Shown here piece by piece: positions 36,105 through 46,200 of a DNA stretch of 64,000 nt. The notes below the pieces were generated by a model. The model saw nothing but the letters and a program-made list of their open reading frames with translations. It was not told where the DNA came from and ran no database searches. This DNA is from an archaeon (lineage in GTDB: Archaea; Iainarchaeota; Iainarchaeia; Iainarchaeales; JAAZKV01), in assembly GCA_041653195.1 (NCBI GenBank), contig JBAZFU010000003.1, forward strand, positions 8,912 to 72,911, read 5' to 3'. Position numbers and translations under genes: made by a program. Every line of letters begins with the position of its first letter. Position 1 is the first letter of the stretch.

Positions 36105-38417
36105 TTATTTTTCATCCCCTTCATCCGAGGGCGCTTTCTCTTTTCCTTTGCTAAATCGCGGAACAACTTCTGTGTTCACCCAGTTTTTCCACTGCCCGAG
36201 CAGTTGTTCGTAATTCGCTTTCCCTTCTTCCTCAATCATAATTTCTTTCATGAGAAGCAGTTTGTTGTTGCAGAGCGAAGTGGATTCCGCTTCGAGAAGC
36301 GAGGGAAGTTTTAATTTATTTTTTTGCTCAACCAGGAAAAGCTTTGCGTTTCCGCGCAATCTTATGTCTTCCCAAATTTCATCAACTGTGAGCCCGGAAG
36401 TTTTCTGAACTTTCTGCAGCAACTCGCTTTCTTTCAAATTATCTTCCATTAATTCCAAAGTATCTTTTGCCGCATCGTAACTCATGAGTGCGAGCAATCC
36501 GCCTTCCCTGTCCGGGTCCTCGTTCCAATGTTTTTTTATTTCAGTGATTTCAACTATTCGTCTGCTTCTCTGCGAACTTCCTTTGAACCTTATCGGGCGC
36601 GCGACAACAACCAAATCCGTTGCTTTGAATGAAGTGGTCGGAACTTCCAAATCGTTTACGACTCTGTCCCATACGGAGTATGCGGAGTCCGCGTGGATGG
36701 TCCCAAGGACTACGTTTCCCGCAGCACCGATTCGCATAGCTTCGTACAAAACTTTTGCTTCTTTTGAACGCACTTCTCCGATAATAAGCGCGGAATCTCC
36801 GAGACGAAGAGCTGTCCTGAGAGCTTCGGCAGGATCAACTTCGGTTTCCGTTTTTGAAACACTTATCGGACTTCGCGTTTTTAATCGCTGAATGTTAAAG
36901 CCAACGTCTTTCATGTAACCTATTGGCAATTCGAGAGTATCTTCCTGCACAATTATTCTTGAATTCATTGGGATTTCAAGCATCACTGCACTAAGCAAAG
37001 AAGTTTTTCCCGCACCCCTTGAACCTGCAATGAGTGTTGTCGCCTGCATGTCGGTAAAAAAACTTATTAGCCCGGCGGCGAGCGGATTAATGTAATTCAC
37101 ATCAATAAATTGTTCCAGCGTCCAAGGAGTAACTTTGTGCAAACGGAAAGCAAAAGCCGAACCTGATGGAGAAAGGGGCGGACCAATGAGGGCGACTCTT
37201 GCATCTAAATCCGGCAAATCAAAGTCGAGAACGGGGTGCGCTTCATCGAACGGACGCGCGGACATGGCTCTCAATTTTGAAATAAGCGCGTTTGCTTCGT
37301 TTTCTGTAAAAGTAACGTTGGTTTGGCACTGTCCGTAATCCGCGTGCACAACGTAAATCGGTTTTCCTCCAATCGGCGCATCAAGATAAATATCGGTTAA
37401 TTTTCTGTCGTTTAAAAGAACTTCAAGAATTCCGTAGCCGACTGTGTAGCGCGCAACAACCTGCCCGAGAGAAACCATTTCTTCAGGGGAAAGGCGCACT
37501 TTGTAAAAATCGGCAATTTCTTTTATTGTGGATTCGTACATTCTTTCGAAGTAGCGGCGCGAAGTTGCAACGGTGCTGAGAGAAGTTTTTCCGGGCTTGT
37601 AGGTCGCAACAATTTCCCTTGTTTTGCTCAACACAAAATATTTATCGGGTGCGAGAGAATACTCTGGCGGATTAACAAAATAAATTTTTTCCAATTTGTC
37701 GGGTTTGGAAAAAATTTGAACAGTAGTATCTTTCACCGCATATTCATCGACAATTTCAACATTTTCCATTCCCGTAAAAGAAAGTTTCGAGCCGATGAAA
37801 CTCGGTTTTATTTCGGCTTCAAAAATCCCCTTGTAAATCACTTTTGTATCGGGCACTTCCGAAAGGTCGGTGAGAAGTTTTTTCGCTTTTTGCACTAATC
37901 CAGTTGCGTCAAATTGTTGTTTTACCTGCACAAGCGAAGCGAGATATGGTTCGGCGCATTCGGCGTATTCTTCGCTGCTTTGCTTTATTTTTTCCTGTTC
38001 TTTTCGCAGTTCGTTCAGAAGCGTGAGGTATGAAAGTATGGGATCAAAATTGATTAGGTCATTTGCGATTCGCACCATTATTTGGTGCCTTTCAGGAAAA
38101 TATTGCTCACATTGTTTTTCAGGCTTTCCGAGATGAGAATAACTCCATACGCTTTGAACATGAAAGTTTTGTGCGAGATTCGCGACTTCCATCAAAATTT
38201 TTGTTTGTGCCTCTTCGTAAACACGCTCGTAAACTTCGGCGAGAACAATTCTGTCCGCCTCGACATCCTGAAGAACTTTAATTACGTGAAAACGGCAGTG
38301 ATGGTCGTCGGCAATGGTTGCGGAGTAAACGCAATTTTTACAATCGAAAATGAGCGAGCGTTTTCCGCCGACTTCTCTGACAGTGTATTCTCCTACCTTA
38401 AAGCCGCCGATTTTCAT
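36105..38417 (-). CDS. Type IV pilus/T2SS assembly ATPase with a long N-terminal extension, locus 2
   Basis: Walker A GSRGAGKTS, QEDTLEL, LRLGDSALIIGEVRS, GTIHADS; start moved to ATG 38417 (GGTG SD). Confidence 0.92.
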   Translation of the reverse strand: MKIGGFKVGEYTVREVGGKRSLIFDCKNCVYSATIADDHHCRFHVIKVLQDVEADRIVLAEVYERVYEEAQTKILMEVANLAQNFHVQSVWSYSHLGKPEKQCEQYFPERHQIMVRIANDLINFDPILSYLTLLNELRKEQEKIKQSSEEYAECAEPYLASLVQVKQQFDATGLVQKAKKLLTDLSEVPDTKVIYKGIFEAEIKPSFIGSKLSFTGMENVEIVDEYAVKDTTVQIFSKPDKLEKIYFVNPPEYSLAPDKYFVLSKTREIVATYKPGKTSLSTVATSRRYFERMYESTIKEIADFYKVRLSPEEMVSLGQVVARYTVGYGILEVLLNDRKLTDIYLDAPIGGKPIYVVHADYGQCQTNVTFTENEANALISKLRAMSARPFDEAHPVLDFDLPDLDARVALIGPPLSPSGSAFAFRLHKVTPWTLEQFIDVNYINPLAAGLISFFTDMQATTLIAGSRGAGKTSLLSAVMLEIPMNSRIIVQEDTLELPIGYMKDVGFNIQRLKTRSPISVSKTETEVDPAEALRTALRLGDSALIIGEVRSKEAKVLYEAMRIGAAGNVVLGTIHADSAYSVWDRVVNDLEVPTTSFKATDLVVVARPIRFKGSSQRSRRIVEITEIKKHWNEDPDREGGLLALMSYDAAKDTLELMEDNLKESELLQKVQKTSGLTVDEIWEDIRLRGNAKLFLVEQKNKLKLPSLLEAESTSLCNNKLLLMKEIMIEEEGKANYEQLLGQWKNWVNTEVVPRFSKGKEKAPSDEGDEK

Positions 38418-38574
38418 TAAACAACACCAATTTGACAAACTGCCAGAGACAAGGCAAATGCCGTTAGAATATATATTAATGAAATATAAAAGGTTTCGCC
38501 GTGGTTTTCCGTTGGCGCTTTAAAAAAATAAGCCGAGGGAATGCGTTAAATATATCCTGAGACAAAAATACTTT

Positions 38575-39348
38575 ATGCAAGAAATGCCGCCAAAAGAAGA
38601 CGTTGCTCTTCTTAAGAAAAAATTCAAAACTGCGCTTAACAGTTACGGCATTAAACGCAAAGACAAAAGAAAAATAAACGCTGCATTGGAGATGCTTGAA
38701 GAAAAAAGTCTTAAGCATTACATTCATTCGCTACGAGTGGCCCTTCTTGCGCCGCAAATCGCTTCGCTGTTGAAGCTTGATGAAAAGGCGCTTTTCTTTG
38801 CAGGCGCACTGCACGACATCGGAAAAATAATGATTCCAAAAAAAATATTGCAAAAAACTACGGGACTGAGTCCAAAGGAAAAGGAAATCATGGCAATGCA
38901 CCCGATTTATTCCTACGAAATCCTAAGAGAACTAGGGTTGCTTTTTTCTGCCGAAATATCACTCAGGCATCACAGGTTTCAAGGGTGGAAATATCCGAAA
39001 AGAATTCCAAAATACGAGGGCCCAATGTCAAATGAAACAATAATGAAGGCGAGATTTTGCGCGCGAATGCTTGCAATTGCGGACGTGTACGTTTCCGCAA
39101 CAAACAGGCCTGCAAAAAGATATGATTGGAAGAAACCGCTTTCCCGCGAAGAGGCCGTTGCAATGCTGAAAAGAAAATTCGTTTCACAAAAAAATATCAT
39201 AGGCGAGATTTATGCCGCAGGAATATTCGAAGCAAAAAATTCGGTGCGGCCTGTTCAAACAAGAAGGCCTGTGATGCGACCGGCAAGAAATATAATTATT
39301 CAGCACGGGCCGGGAGCGCAGATTTTTACCAGAATGCGCCGCCGTTAG
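38575..39348 (+). CDS. Stand-alone HD-GYP-like metal-dependent phosphohydrolase
   Basis: HSLRVA, LHDIGK, HPIYSYEIL, RHHRFQGWKYP (degenerate HHExxDGxGYP), ARMLAIADVY. Confidence 0.8.
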   Translation: MQEMPPKEDVALLKKKFKTALNSYGIKRKDKRKINAALEMLEEKSLKHYIHSLRVALLAPQIASLLKLDEKALFFAGALHDIGKIMIPKKILQKTTGLSPKEKEIMAMHPIYSYEILRELGLLFSAEISLRHHRFQGWKYPKRIPKYEGPMSNETIMKARFCARMLAIADVYVSATNRPAKRYDWKKPLSREEAVAMLKRKFVSQKNIIGEIYAAGIFEAKNSVRPVQTRRPVMRPARNIIIQHGPGAQIFTRMRRR

Positions 39349-39390
39349 AAAAAAGTTTCAAAGAAAAGTGTTTTAAGCGAAAAGATTCAA

Positions 39391-40068
39391 GTGATAACTA
39401 TGCCGATAAAGAAAAAAATTAAATCCGGAAAAAAATTCGAATCAAGAAAAAGCCCTTCAAAAAAAAATTATTGCGGCGAAAAAAGTTTTTTTGAAAAAAT
39501 AAAATCTTACTGGGGGGAGCAGGAAGAAAAAATAAGGAAAAGCCAAGTGAAGCAGTTCGAATTTTTTATTTTAGGTTTCATTTTTTTTTATCTTTTAATT
39601 TCCACATTTGTTTCTTTTGTTCCTCAAAGTTTTTTTGAATCTGCGACAGGGCTCACCGTGAAAAGTTTGCTTTCCGCGCAGGGGATTGAAGTGCGCGGCG
39701 CAGTTAAGGCGGTTGAGGGTTTCGGCGAGGTCTTTGTGATGCAGGTCGGAAACGGGGCGGCGGCGAAAGAAATAATAATTTCGTGGCTGTGTTCGGGCGT
39801 TTTTGAAATAATTATTCTGATTTGCGCGATTTTAGCCAGTTTCGGAGTGAAGTGGAGAAAAAAGTTTCAAGGAATAGGTGTCGCGGCTGTTGCAGGATTT
39901 TTTTTCAATGCGTTGCGCGTATGGATTACAGTAAATATTGCGCTTACCCAAAACATTCAGGTTGTTGAATTCGCGCATGATTTGCTGTTCCGAGCAGCAC
40001 TTTTCATCTACATAACAGGTTTTTATGTTTTGTGGTTTTTTTGGGCAATAAGAAGCGATAAAACATAG
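39391..40068 (+). CDS. Archaeosortase/exosortase family transpeptidase
   Basis: Multi-TM protein with Cys (ISWLCSG), Arg (FNALRV) and His (FAHDLLF) in the order and spacing of the exosortase triad. Confidence 0.82.
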   Translation: MITMPIKKKIKSGKKFESRKSPSKKNYCGEKSFFEKIKSYWGEQEEKIRKSQVKQFEFFILGFIFFYLLISTFVSFVPQSFFESATGLTVKSLLSAQGIEVRGAVKAVEGFGEVFVMQVGNGAAAKEIIISWLCSGVFEIIILICAILASFGVKWRKKFQGIGVAAVAGFFFNALRVWITVNIALTQNIQVVEFAHDLLFRAALFIYITGFYVLWFFWAIRSDKT

Positions 40069-40200
40069 TTTCTCATTCGCCATTCAAAAAAACAAAACCT
40101 TTATTAATATAAGAAAGATATATTCAGTATTGGTAAGCAACTGAATTTGGTTAATTAATTACTTACAATAAGTGGAATAGAATTTTCTAGGGTGCTTTGA

Positions 40201-43200
40201 TTGATTTCGGAAAAACTCGCGGGTTTTTACACGAAGCTGGAAGATAAGTACTTCGATTTTCTAGATTTTTTGGATTCGAAAGGCGTGCCGGTTTACAAAT
40301 ACTCTGATTTTTTTGAGAACAGGGGCGTTCCAAGTTTTATTGTTACAATCGCAATAATTGTTCTTCTTTTTGCATTGGTTGGCGTAGGAGTTGCTTTAAG
40401 CACGCCCGCTACACAGGAAATAATTTTAAACCTCAAAGACGGAGACGGAAATCCGCTAAACGGCGTAACTATTTCTGTCCTTGATGAAAAAGGAAATATT
40501 CTTACCGGCCCGCTGGAAATGCGCGACGGAGAAATTGTAAGTTTGCCGAAGCTTTCGCAAGGAACAAAAGTAAGTTTAATTGCGTCGAAAGACGGTTATC
40601 AAGGAGATCAAACCGAAGTCGCGCTGGGCACCGAAGTAGCTACTGGAACACTTTCACTCGCCGCCTCATTTCAGGGAATAAATGCGACGCTCAATTTAAC
40701 TGACTCCGAAACAGGAACGAAAATAATTTCGGCAGTAGTGATTGCGACCTGGAATGACATGAGTTTCAATTTTGATGTGGATGACAACGGCACTTATTTC
40801 AAATCAGGAATTCCTGAGGGAAAAACTGTAACGCTCACGGCTACTGCCGACGGTTATACCGCCCTTTCTACCACTGCAGTTTTTTATAACAACAGTTTGC
40901 GTTCATTCAAAATGACTCCATCGAGCCAAAGCTACGGTCAAAAATCGAGCGTGCTGATTAATGTAAAAGATTCGGTTGGAAACGCGGTTGACGGCGCAAA
41001 AGTAACGCTTGTTAACAATGCAAGCGAAGTTATTTTGCTTGAAGATTACACGAAAAAAGGAAGTGTGGCGGGCTCAATCCAAACGGGGCTTGCAATACAA
41101 ATACTTGTGGAAAAAGCGGGTTACATAAATTATGATTCCGAAACTGTCGGAGAAAGCATTACTCTCAGGGAAAAAGAAAAACAAATTGATGTCATACTGC
41201 AGCAGGGCGGGCAGAAACTGAAAGTCAATGTTACGAATAAACTCGGGCTTTCTCTTGATGAATCAACTGTTCAACTCTTTACGCTTGACGGGGAAAAAAT
41301 TAATTCTGGAAAAACCACTACTGCAGGAATAGAATTCGCCGGATTGGACACGAATGTTGACAGCATGATTGTTACCGCGCACCACGAGGGCTACCTTGCA
41401 CAAAAAAAATATGTTTCGCCTTCCGCGACAACAGATTTGACATTCACACTGGACAATGCCGGAACCGATAATTCAACCGTTCTTGAAATTTTTGCGGTTG
41501 ATGAAACAACACTCGGAGTGGGCGGAGCAAAAATAGAATTGTACATCAGAGAAGACGGAAATGTTTTGCCCTACGGTTATTCTGAATTAGAAACCCCAGT
41601 GACAGGTTATGTAAGCGCGAATGTGGAAAGAGGAAAAAGTTACGAGGTTAGGGCGCAAACCGATGTGCTGGAAGGAAAAACAACAATTGATGTTTTGGGA
41701 AAAACTCCCGCCAAAGCTTATTTGATAATGAAGAGAAAGGCGAGCATTCTCGAAATGGATTTTGCCGGGCCGAAAGGAGAAAAAATTTCCGGAACCGCAA
41801 CTGTGAACAGCGTTGAGGGAGATTTGCTTTACGATGGAAATATTTACAACTCAAAAATATTTTTCGACCCGCTTGGAAAAGAAGTGGTCGAACTCACGGT
41901 TTATCTTGCCGACGGAAATAGTTTTTTGGAAAATGTGAACATTAAGGGGCAGAGCGTTGTAACTGTTGTTGTTTACAGCGGAGTGAACGAAGCGCTTTCT
42001 CCGAAAATAGAATTTATCGGACTGGAAGATGAAGCGGGCAATGCAATTGACGGAATTACTCCTGGCGCATTTTATTGGGCAAAATTTTCTGTAACCTATC
42101 CTCTCGGAGCGGAGCAGGGCGGTGTTCATTTCAGAATCGGAAATGACAATGAAAAGTTTGTGCAGTCGGGAAACGGAGCGATATTTGATTTGAGCCTGCA
42201 GGGCGCGAACACAATTTACTCTACTTCTTATTCTCCGACGCCGACGCCCGGAAACGAAACTGTTGACAGATCAAATGCAGGACAATCAGGAACGCCGAAC
42301 AAATGGGCGGAGGGAATGATTAATCAGCCGAGCGGAACTTACACTGCGAAAGTAAAAGTGCGAATTACAGAATACACTGCAGGAACAATTGATTTGAAGT
42401 ACAGGGCTTGGGCAATAAATAACGGAGATTATTACAGAAATCCGGAAGATATTGCGCTTGGAAGCGATGCTTTTACTGAAAACAAGAGCGGGCTTTATGC
42501 GGAAACGAAAGTGCAGCAATTGAAACTTTACGAGTCCTTGCCAGAATGTAACGGGAATATTTGTGTTGCGCTTAATTTCAGCGATGCGGATGGAAAATTT
42601 TTCGATTTGACAAGTTTTGAAGCGATGCAGGGAAACACTTATGCATTCGAAGCGGAACTTTCTGTGCAGGAAGCTGAAATAATTGACTTGACAGTTTCTT
42701 CTCCTGACAAAATTGTTTTCACAACAACTGAAAAAGGATTTTTTGATCCTTCGACAGGATTTGTAAGCAGCGGAACAATAACAAGCGGCTTCGACAGCAC
42801 AACAGGAAGCGGAGTAGACGGAGCAACCGAGACTGATACTGAAAGCGGCGAAACAACGACCACCGGGTTTCTTTCAGGGCTGACACAAACGCTAAACGGC
42901 GGTGCAACAAATAATGAAAAAAATACGAAGTGGAGTTTTGCAGCCGTTGATACTGAAGACGCACTCACAAGCGGAGACCTGCAGGGATTTAGTACCACTG
43001 GGGGCACTGCGGCAAGCGGCGCAACTGGAAAAAAAGAAATGACTTTGAGAGTTTCGGTCGGAGCGGGCGGAAGGGAAAGAGTAAAGTTTTATTTTATCGG
43101 AAACACTCTGGGCGGTGCGCAAATAAATTTCAGAGCCGTGGGAAGTTCACAAATAGAAAAGGCTGTTTCATTCAATGTTGTTGCGCGAAAAGCATTGCTT

Positions 43201-46200
43201 GTTGAACTGAGTAAGAGCCAGGTAAATTTGGGCGAAGAATTTACCGTAAAAGTCAGGGACGCGAATTCGGGAAAAGGAAATATTGAGAACGCGCTTGTGC
43301 AAATAATAAACAAGGACGGCGAAACTGTAAAAAGCATTTCAGGAGATGGAGGAACCGGAACAGGAAAGGGCGGAAATTATACTGTGGAAAATAGTTTTGA
43401 CGCAGGGTTATATACTGTGCAGGTCAGCGCATCGGAATACCCTACAAAAGAAGTTCCGCTGCTCGTTACTACAAAAAATATTTTGGATTTCCCTTCAAAA
43501 ATAGAAATAAAAATGCCGTTTAACCAGACACAAACAACGGTCACGCCGCAACCAGAACTGATAAATAATTCCGAATTCGATTTAACGCAAATAACTTATG
43601 AACTAAATGGAAGTGACAAAAATAAGGACGGAGAAATCAACAACTTTTTGTTTAATATAGGATTGCCGCCGACACTCGGGAACGGAGGAAAAATGAGCAT
43701 TCCGATAACGGCGAATTACACCGGCGCGATTTCTGATTCTGCGGATGAAACCGCAACGCTTGTAATAAAGGCGATGGTGGAAGGAAAATTTTTGACACAA
43801 ATAACTTCAAAGGTTCATGTTTCTTATAACAAAAAACTTGACGAAAGCTGTTTGAAGATAGGGCCGTCAACGGTCACAATTGATTTAATCGGAACAGAGG
43901 GTTCGAGCGACTCCGAAGTAGTTCAAATCACGAATGACTGCGAACAAGCTATTTCAATGGTGAACAGGGTAAAAGAAAACACTGCAAAATCTTACGTCAT
44001 TGTTAGCGCAGAGGATTTGGATTTACAGCCCGGTGAAACAACAAATGTTACTATTACTGCGGAAAATTTGATTGATAGAAAATTCCAGCGCGACAATACT
44101 TACAGTTATGAAGTGACTTGGGATGCGAATTATTTAACGAAGAGATTGGATGTGACTGTGAGAACAATAAATCCGAGCCTCGCGTTAAGCTATCCGGGGC
44201 AAATAACTTTGTGGCTGGCACAGAATTCTGAAAGAGGGAAAGCTGCTGCAATTCAACCGATTTACATCACAAATGTTTCTAACTTCCCCGTTGAAGGAAT
44301 TACTTTCAGTGTTCAAAAGGAATACGCGAGCGGAACTAATGTGAGCCTAAATGTTGAACCCGCGGCGGTAATAAACCTTGACAAAGGGCAATCGGCGAGA
44401 AAGGACGCTTACGCACAAGCTGCATCAATAATAACAGAACCTGTGAGAGCTTCAATTTTGATACGCGGAAGAATGGGGCAGGTTTACAACAGGAGCGGAC
44501 AGAGAGACGCTTACAATTACTATGATAATTACTACAATGATTATGCAGACCAAACCAGCGGAACCACAAGCGAAGATTACAGATACAACATAAACAATTA
44601 CGCTTCTGCCACAAACGGTTACTCTACAGGAACAGAAGATTTGGGAATAATCGACGTAATGATTTATTACTCAGGATTTGATTGCTTCAGGGTCTCGCCT
44701 GTTGATGACATGTCTTTCTTTGTTTCGAATTCGGGCGGGCAGATTGCGAGAAGAGTTGCAATACAGAATGATTGTGCCGAACCGATAACTGTCACAGGAT
44801 TAAGATCTGCAACTCCCCAAATAATGCTTTCAATATACCCGATGGTTACTGTAGGAGTAAAGCAGAGAGTGGAAGCGATGATTTCCGCGATTCCACGAAT
44901 CGCAATGGGAAGCTTTGCAGCTGCCGACACTACAACTACGCCAACAGACACTACCACCACTACTCCCGATACAACAACTACTCCTCCTGTTACCACTCCT
45001 TCAACGACAACTCCAACCACGACAACACCGAGCACAACAACCAACAATTCTTCATCAAATAATTCTTCTTCAAGTTCTTCATCGAATACGACAAGCGCGG
45101 GAACAACTCAAAGCGGTTTCACAAACAGGAGCGGCACCAGCGCGATAAAAACGCCGACTTACCAATTGAAAGTAGTTGGAATAACTTCCATAAGTCAGAC
45201 TCCGATTGAGAGCAGGCCGATAACAATAGAAATTTATTCAGGCGATGACGTTGCTTCACAGTACAGCAAAGTGAATAAAGGAGTTAGCATCGAAGTCTGC
45301 GGACAAACTGAAAAAGATAAGGCTGATTTCCCTAGAATCGCGACAAGCAATGATTGCAGTAACGGTTACTGTGACGCAAAAACCGCTGCAAAATATTTAG
45401 CGCAAAATTTGAATAACGCGATAAAAAATGCGGAGTCCGCAGGTTACTCAAAACAAAATCTTTCCGAAAATTTCGGCTGTGAGAATCAGGGCTTCTGCAC
45501 TTTCGGCGCGATGGGAATAAGCACTGAAAGAATTCCGCTGTATTTACAGAACGACAGATTGAGTCCGGAAGCGCTGAGTGAAGCACTGCTGGAAACTAGC
45601 GGAGGCAGCACGGGATTTTCCGGAATAGTCGGAATAGGAAACTATGACATACAACCGTTTGATGTGACTGACACTACAATAAGCATGCTTGCTCAATCAG
45701 GTTACTCGCGAAGAATATTTTTAGACAGCAAATTACAGGGTTGCGGTTACTACAAGGTTGGGATTGACGGCGCGTTCCCTGTTGTTGGCGGACAAGTTGT
45801 TTTCACAGAACCGATAATAGTTATTAGAGCAATTGATTTCGGTTCAGGGCCGAGAGTAGTTACAAAAGAATGCGAAAGCAACATCATTAACGTCGCAAAT
45901 TTGAATCCTGTTGACGAGGGTTACACTTCCGGAGACAATAAAGGAACATGGCTTTCAACAGTCGGAGGAAGCGGCGCATTAGACGAAATAGCAAATAAAA
46001 TTGCAAAAGAAAGATACAAGGCTGAAGATAGGCACACCGCGATAGGCCCTGGAAACAGAGTTGAATTAAGTGAAGGCCCGCTGGTTGATTCGATGGCGGA
46101 AATGTGCATGGGTTCCGGCGGAGATTACAAAACAATAAATGTCACTGTAAGTTCTGATATTTCAAAACTTGCGAAGGCACAGGGAAAAGATACTGAAAAT

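Noticed and set aside
29221-38417. Archaellum (fla/arl) operon
   Set aside because: No recognisable FlaH, FlaF/G or archaellin sequences; gene symbols were therefore not assigned.
44926-45115. Possible CRISPR-like or DNA-level tandem array
   Set aside because: The repeats are imperfect ACN/TCN codon runs explained by a Thr/Ser linker; no constant repeat-spacer structure was seen anywhere in the window.
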